From positions 1-61,199 of the forward strand of contig JAFGXN010000050.1 in the NCBI GenBank assembly GCA_016936615.1: DNA of 61,199 nt, in the 5' to 3' direction. The DNA comes from Spirochaetales bacterium. Its GTDB lineage: Bacteria; Spirochaetota; Spirochaetia; JAFGXN01. This document shows positions 54,340 through 61,199 of this stretch, piece after piece. Within the stretch, counting starts at the first letter, position 1. Every line of letters begins with the position of its first letter. Below the pieces are notes generated by a model. That model ran no database searches and was not told the origin of the DNA. It saw only the letters and a program-made list of their open reading frames with translations. The position numbers and the translations under genes are program-made.

Positions 54340-56469
54340 TCATTCAATAGTAGTAAACGACGCATTAAATCCATTTAGAATTATATCTTTCTTAACTGAA
54401 GCATCTGCAACAACAAGAGTATCAATCTTTAAATTTTCATTTCCTGTACAATTCTGAATATCAACCTGAATAAAGGTATTCTCAACCTCAAGAGGATAAT
54501 CATCAAGCCTAATTCCATTCAAGACTGCCCTATACGAGGAATCCTCTAACCTAATGAAACTCAATTCTATATTCCCTGGCTGATCAATGGAAAAGACCTT
54601 ATCTGAATTAACATACAAATCTCTACCTTTTATCCTAAATCCTATAATATCACTCGAAGAGTCAGATGTTGAAGTAGAGACTCTCAAACAAAGCCCGTCC
54701 ATATCATCAATATTGTCTAGCAAGTCTAAATACAAGACATTAGCGAAGAGCAAATCACGTTGCTTCGTAAAGCTATAAGGCTCAATGCCTGGATGTAAAA
54801 AGCTCAAATAAACAGAATACGCATCAGACCTCTCTTCGATATCTACACGATCAAAACTATCAACATAAAGAACCTTGTTAGAGTTACGACCTAATGCGAA
54901 CTTCAAGAAGACATCTTCTTTAACACTTGAAAGACCTTGACTATTTCTGACATAGACACCTAATTCATCAACAATCACGTCTTGAGAACCAAAAAGCTCA
55001 GTATTGAATTTCAGAAGAGACAAGTCCTGAGGGAATTCATCAATTACAATCTGCTCATACCCAATCATCAATCCATTTTGATAAGCATTCAACCAGACAA
55101 CATTTCCATATGAACTTAAGGAAAAAGAAATCACCTGAGAAAAATCAGCTCTTACTTCAAAAAAAGACGAAGAATAAATACTCTCCCCAATTGTAATCTC
55201 AGAAAACAAACGACGCGAAGCGCTTAATCCCAATTTAAAAGAAAATTCGCCACCGTCACTTGAAACCCTATAAAAATCCCCAGCTTCGAGGCTCTTAAAA
55301 TCAATCTTGAAAGACAATGTAAATGGGTTAAAGAACTCCAAAGATAACGGCAACTGGCTCTGTTCCAAAAACATTCCAGACTCTTTCTTGATTAAATACC
55401 CATTTAAACCTTTAAAAGCACCAACAAAGAGCTTCCCTCTCTTTTGCAAATCTTTACTGCCCAGAACATCTCTTGTCTCACCTCGAAAATGATAGAGAGA
55501 TGAGTATGAGTCAGACTCAACAAACTCGTTCTGATCAGCTAATTGCTCACTAGAAACAATCGAGGTAGTCTTAATATTATAGTAAGATTTAAAGTCTAAA
55601 TTAAATGGAAAAGGATTTACAGGATAGACCTCTGCAGTAATCTCATAGATCTTCTCATAATCAGGAACATCCCAGTAAAAAACAAGTCCACCATCAGCAA
55701 CACTCGAAGAATACAGCTTAGCTCCATCGACTGACCATACAATCAAAGAATCAGGGACTAATCCAGAAGCATTTAAGGAAAACTTACAATCTCCACCAGG
55801 AAATGCTATAGAAGGATATGAAGAAATTCCAGTTATCCTTGGGATCGGAATATTTGCATAAAAAGAGACCGACTCAGCTGAAACAACCAAACCATCTTCA
55901 TATATCTCCAACTCTGCAATATACAAACCAGGAGGCAACGAAGGAAGAAAGATCTCCTCTTCTAGCTGACCAAATCCGTTATTCAAAAGAATTGAATCAA
56001 TTAGTGTGTCAGAAATATCTAAATCATCTTCTGATACACCTTCAGATGGCTCATCTGATAAATCTACATCCTCATCCTCTACACCCTCTGCATCAGGAGA
56101 AAACCCCTCACCAAGGTCAGGAGGAGCAACCTTCGGATCCTCGCTCTCTTCATCTTCGAAAGAATCGTCGAACAAGGAGCTCTCTCTTACGATAGCTCTC
56201 TCTTCATATTTAACTATCTGATTTGAAATAGGGTCTCTGAAAGAAATTTTCAAAAAGTCTGGTCGTGCACTCTCATAGTTTTGACTCTTCTCGAATTCGA
56301 TACTAATCAAGCTTCCTTCCTCTAATATTGCTCCAGCAGGAATCGACATTGAAGTCGTAATCTCCTGAACCATATTAGAAGACAATCTGCTATTCTCATC
56401 ACAAGAAACCAAACCAATCAAAGAGAAAAAAATTACAAAATGTGTCCAAACTAAAATATATTTCTTCAC
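54340..56469 (-). CDS. hypothetical lipoprotein with an acidic linker and a LamG/ConA-like region
   Basis: 709 aa with a GTG start. Lipobox FFSLIGLVSC and an acidic tract (DDSFEDEESEDP...EDEDVDLSDEPSEGVSEDD). The segment YHFRGETRDVLGSKDLQKRGKLFVGAFKGLNGYL resembles the LamG_3 domain start. Confidence 0.65.
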   Translation of the reverse strand: MKKYILVWTHFVIFFSLIGLVSCDENSRLSSNMVQEITTSMSIPAGAILEEGSLISIEFEKSQNYESARPDFLKISFRDPISNQIVKYEERAIVRESSLFDDSFEDEESEDPKVAPPDLGEGFSPDAEGVEDEDVDLSDEPSEGVSEDDLDISDTLIDSILLNNGFGQLEEEIFLPSLPPGLYIAELEIYEDGLVVSAESVSFYANIPIPRITGISSYPSIAFPGGDCKFSLNASGLVPDSLIVWSVDGAKLYSSSVADGGLVFYWDVPDYEKIYEITAEVYPVNPFPFNLDFKSYYNIKTTSIVSSEQLADQNEFVESDSYSSLYHFRGETRDVLGSKDLQKRGKLFVGAFKGLNGYLIKKESGMFLEQSQLPLSLEFFNPFTLSFKIDFKSLEAGDFYRVSSDGGEFSFKLGLSASRRLFSEITIGESIYSSSFFEVRADFSQVISFSLSSYGNVVWLNAYQNGLMIGYEQIVIDEFPQDLSLLKFNTELFGSQDVIVDELGVYVRNSQGLSSVKEDVFLKFALGRNSNKVLYVDSFDRVDIEERSDAYSVYLSFLHPGIEPYSFTKQRDLLFANVLYLDLLDNIDDMDGLCLRVSTSTSDSSSDIIGFRIKGRDLYVNSDKVFSIDQPGNIELSFIRLEDSSYRAVLNGIRLDDYPLEVENTFIQVDIQNCTGNENLKIDTLVVADASVKKDIILNGFNASFTTIE

Positions 56470-56536
56470 CTATTAATAATAATAGCACTTTAAATCAATT
56501 ATTTAAAGCTAAAATGGTTAAAAAATAGAATTTTAC

Positions 56537-56563
56537 AAAAAAAATACGACCCCGAAGGGGTCG
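56537..56563 (-). terminator. rho-independent terminator of the GH97 gene
   Basis: On the minus strand: stem cgacccc / ggggtcg, loop ttc, then T8. Confidence 0.8.
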
Positions 56564-56574
56564 CAAATACCAAA

Positions 56575-58545
56575 TTATTTCTTTTTTATAACTGCAGCAA
56601 AGCCTCCACCACGAGCCATTTTGACACGAACTTCAGATTGATTATTTACATTTTCTGAAGAAACCTTCAAATCTGTTCCATCTGTATTAGCCTTTTCTCC
56701 ATCCGCATAAAGAGTCATTTCCCACTCTCCATCAGCAAGAAATCCCAACGACAATGTTAGCTCTCTTGCTGTCCAGTCAGTCATCGCACCAATATACCAT
56801 GTATCTCCAGATCTTCGTGCGACCGCAACATAATCTCCAACCCTGTTCTCTAAAGCAACAGTCTCATCCCAAACGACAGGAACATCTTTAATAAAATTCA
56901 AACTCTCAGGATTAGCCCTATAATTACAAGGAGTATCAGCCAACATCTGCAAAGGACTTATATACACAACATACATTGCAAGCTGATGAGCTCTAGTTCC
57001 TAGACTTTTTGGAGAAGAATAACTAATTCGATACTTCAACCGTTGTCGATTCTGCATCGCTCCAGGTGTATAATCCATAGGGCCGACAACCATTCTTGTA
57101 AAAGGAAGAAGAACAGCCATCTCTGGATTAGCATTTTTACTAGACCACTTGTTCTGTTCTAGCCCCTGAACAGATTCAATTGTTAAAAGATTAGGATAGG
57201 TCCTAGAAATTCCAACTGGCTTAGGACCTCCATGAATATCAACCAACATCTTATATTTTGCAGCAGTAGCAGAGACCCTATAACAGAACTCCATCATCTT
57301 CTGATCATCGCGCTGAAGAAAATCAACCTTCAAACCCTTTACATTCCACTTTTTAAATTGCTCAAACGCAGCATCATAATTCATATCAAGCGCAATAGAA
57401 GTCATCCACAAAATTAACCCAACATTTTTAGATGTGGCATACTCCGACAAGGCTGGCATATCAATTTCTTCTATTACACTAAGCAAATTTTCAGGACCTC
57501 TCTTACTCCAACCCTCATCAAGAATAATATAAGGAAGGCCATACTCAGATGCAAAATCAATATAATGCATATAGGTCTGCTGATTGATTCCTGGCTTAAA
57601 ATCAACTGTTGTCAAATTCCAATCATTCCACCAATCCCAAGAGACAAGCCCTGGCTTAATCCAAGAGACATCATCGATTCTTGAAGGCTCAGCCAACAAA
57701 TAAAGCATAGAAGAGGTCAAAAGCCCATTTGCATCAGTAAGAACAAACGCTCGCCAAGGCATAGTACTTTTTCCTGAAATCTTTGCAATATAATCCTCAC
57801 TCTTTCCAACCATCAGACTTCGGTCTCCAACAAGGTTCTCGCTTGCAGGATATTTTGGAAAAATTGCACTAACAATCGGGTTAACCAATCCGCGTGTTCC
57901 AGAGAGCCATAGACCAGGATAATGCTCCACATTAACATCAGATAGAAGCATGTAACGACCACCACCAAGCTCTACCAGATAAGGAACTGCTCCCTTTGCA
58001 GAGCTTCTAACATGAGAAATCCTCTGATACCTAAACAAATTCTCATGATGAGAAAAGAATCCAACACCATTAGGTCGAGGGAAAAAACTGTTAAAATTAT
58101 ATGCAAACTGCAAATCGATTTTTTCATTGGTTATAAAAATTTCATCTTTTTGTATATTACTCTCCCAACGATAAGCTACACCATCGTCATATGCACGGAG
58201 AACCAGGGACAAACCGCTTGAAAAGATAATCTTTTTTTGATTATAATTTTCCTTAAATTGGGAAAAAGTATTAGGCACAACAACATCGACAATATTAGAC
58301 TCGCTACTATCAACAACACCAACAATCTCTGCTCCTGAAAGTGCATCGACACCATCAACCACAAGACTAATAGATGAATCGTCAAGAACAAGCTGATCTC
58401 CACTCTTGATTGACAGCTTAAGACAATCACCATAGGCTACTGAAATAGAATGCTCCCCACTCGGAGAGACAACCTCCTCGACCGAAGCAAATGCCCCGAA
58501 AGAGACAAATAACAAAAACAGAACAAACAAAACACTACTCTTCAT
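56575..58545 (-). CDS. glycoside hydrolase family 97-like (alpha-glucosidase/alpha-galactosidase type), exported
   Basis: Start ATG 58545 (MKSSVLFVLFLLFVSFGAFA), with AAGGGG upstream. The layout and motifs (IDFASEYGLPYIILDEGWS, GLKVDFLQRDDQ, VDIHGGPKP) fit GH97. Confidence 0.7.
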   Translation of the reverse strand: MKSSVLFVLFLLFVSFGAFASVEEVVSPSGEHSISVAYGDCLKLSIKSGDQLVLDDSSISLVVDGVDALSGAEIVGVVDSSESNIVDVVVPNTFSQFKENYNQKKIIFSSGLSLVLRAYDDGVAYRWESNIQKDEIFITNEKIDLQFAYNFNSFFPRPNGVGFFSHHENLFRYQRISHVRSSAKGAVPYLVELGGGRYMLLSDVNVEHYPGLWLSGTRGLVNPIVSAIFPKYPASENLVGDRSLMVGKSEDYIAKISGKSTMPWRAFVLTDANGLLTSSMLYLLAEPSRIDDVSWIKPGLVSWDWWNDWNLTTVDFKPGINQQTYMHYIDFASEYGLPYIILDEGWSKRGPENLLSVIEEIDMPALSEYATSKNVGLILWMTSIALDMNYDAAFEQFKKWNVKGLKVDFLQRDDQKMMEFCYRVSATAAKYKMLVDIHGGPKPVGISRTYPNLLTIESVQGLEQNKWSSKNANPEMAVLLPFTRMVVGPMDYTPGAMQNRQRLKYRISYSSPKSLGTRAHQLAMYVVYISPLQMLADTPCNYRANPESLNFIKDVPVVWDETVALENRVGDYVAVARRSGDTWYIGAMTDWTARELTLSLGFLADGEWEMTLYADGEKANTDGTDLKVSSENVNNQSEVRVKMARGGGFAAVIKKK

Positions 58546-58672
58546 ATTACACCCCTTTAATAACTCTAAGGCTATTTTATAGCCAGATTTTCCCAAAATC
58601 AAACAGTTTATATATTTTTTCTTTAAAAAAAGTTTACTTTTTTGTAACTATTCATTTTTACCGTTGTTATTA

Positions 58673-58704
58673 TAATATAATGCAAAAGATTTTGCATTAT
58701 ATTA
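58673..58704. promoter_or_regulatory. perfect inverted repeat (15-bp arms, 2-nt centre) upstream of the GH97 gene
   Basis: taatataatgcaaaa-ga-ttttgcattatatta. Read on the minus strand it contains AATGCAAAATCTT, the same 13-mer as the repeat upstream of the GH29 gene. Confidence 0.5.
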
Positions 58705-58843
58705 AGTTTTCAGCTTATTAGGAGTTGATAAATAGAGATTTTTGATGTATTATAATCATGGTAGTAAAACTATCAATGATTTTATAAGAAAATCAAAGAA
58801 AAGCACTTTCCTATTTTAAATATATTGTTTATAATAGGAGAAA

Positions 58844-59044
58844 TTATATAGTAGGTTTCTACTATATAATTAAAGTAGCAAGGAAAGTTGGTTGTTACTG
58901 CAAACATAACAACTAATTTTATTATAAAATAAACTTTCCCCCGGCAAAACTTCAAAATTTTGCCAACATTTTAATTCCTTAATCCTAATTTTTAATTTTT
59001 TTTACTTTCCTAGTCGGCTCCCAGCCGGCTAGGATCTTTTTTTT
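58844..59044 (+). ncRNA. candidate small structured RNA ending at a plus-strand terminator (function unknown)
   Basis: 11-bp perfect hairpin at 58844-58869 (loop GTTT). Hairpins at 58889-58915 and 58943-58964. Terminator at 59009-59044. No plus-strand protein gene lies upstream or downstream. Confidence 0.25.
59009..59044 (+). terminator. plus-strand rho-independent terminator with no annotated plus-strand gene upstream
   Basis: Stem cctagtcggct / agccggctagg (11 bp including one G-U pair), loop ccc, then atcTTTTTTTT. Confidence 0.6.
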
Positions 59045-59046
59045 AC

Positions 59047-59081
59047 AAAAAAAATAGCCTTGAGAACAACTCCCAAGGCTA
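59047..59081 (-). terminator. rho-independent terminator of the GH2 gene
   Basis: On the minus strand: stem tagccttg / caaggcta, followed by T8. Confidence 0.65.
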
Positions 59082-59086
59082 AAAGA

Positions 59087-61199
<2,113 letters not shown>

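Noticed and set aside
58491-58721. 76-aa plus-strand ORF upstream of the GH97 gene
   Set aside because: It begins inside the GH97 signal-peptide codons on the opposite strand and runs through AT-rich promoter DNA and the palindrome. Its composition is typical of non-coding AT-rich sequence.

Overview
This is a 61.2-kb, AT-rich, densely coding chromosomal window with about 50 protein genes, short intergenic regions and many overlapping stop/start junctions. I found no rRNA, tRNA, CRISPR array, transposase or integrase. The gene content (Bat aerotolerance-type operon, Na+-pumping oxaloacetate decarboxylase, many lipobox-type signal peptides, lipid-salvage genes) suggests a spirochaete-like, Treponema-type anaerobe; this is inference only.

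Gene content in order:
- rpiB, a Crp-like regulator, cupin-era, an OmpA-family protein, and a degenerate DEAD-box/DbpA-like protein.
- An MBL hydrolase, and a DksA/TraR-like gene divergent from infA.
- A seven-gene Bat-type operon on the minus strand: moxR, DUF58, membrane protein, batA, batB, batC, and a batD-batE fusion.
- argJ, then a MerR/GyrI-like regulator divergent from a serine hydrolase and a GNAT.
- A flavoprotein gene bounded by 18-bp direct repeats.
- A fucoside locus: tandem-GH29 fucosidase, AraC regulator, MFS transporter.
- A second MoxR module on the plus strand: moxR, DUF58, TgpA-like transglutaminase, TPR protein.
- A lipid-salvage cluster: esterase, acyl-ACP/CoA synthetase, glycerophosphodiesterase.
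- oadGAB, a hybrid histidine kinase, rlmKL and a PHP phosphatase.
- A four-gene minus-strand operon linking a glycerol-3-phosphate-dehydrogenase-like flavoenzyme trio to an alkyl-DHAP-synthase-like FAD oxidase.
- A four-gene operon of uncharacterised exported proteins.
- A GH97 gene and a 5'-truncated GH2 beta-galactosidase.

Most notable observations:
- The uncharacterised exported four-gene operon at 50117-56469.
- A DUF58 gene whose Shine-Dalgarno (SD)/TTG start and TM-coding N-terminus connect to the main ORF only through a -1 shift in a T9 run.
- An ether-lipid-type enzyme embedded in a G3P-oxidation operon.
- An OadB with a roughly 200-250-aa lipoprotein-like N-terminal extension.
- A 13-nt motif shared by the upstream regions of two glycosidase genes.

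All functional calls rest on motif recognition by eye. No database search was run.
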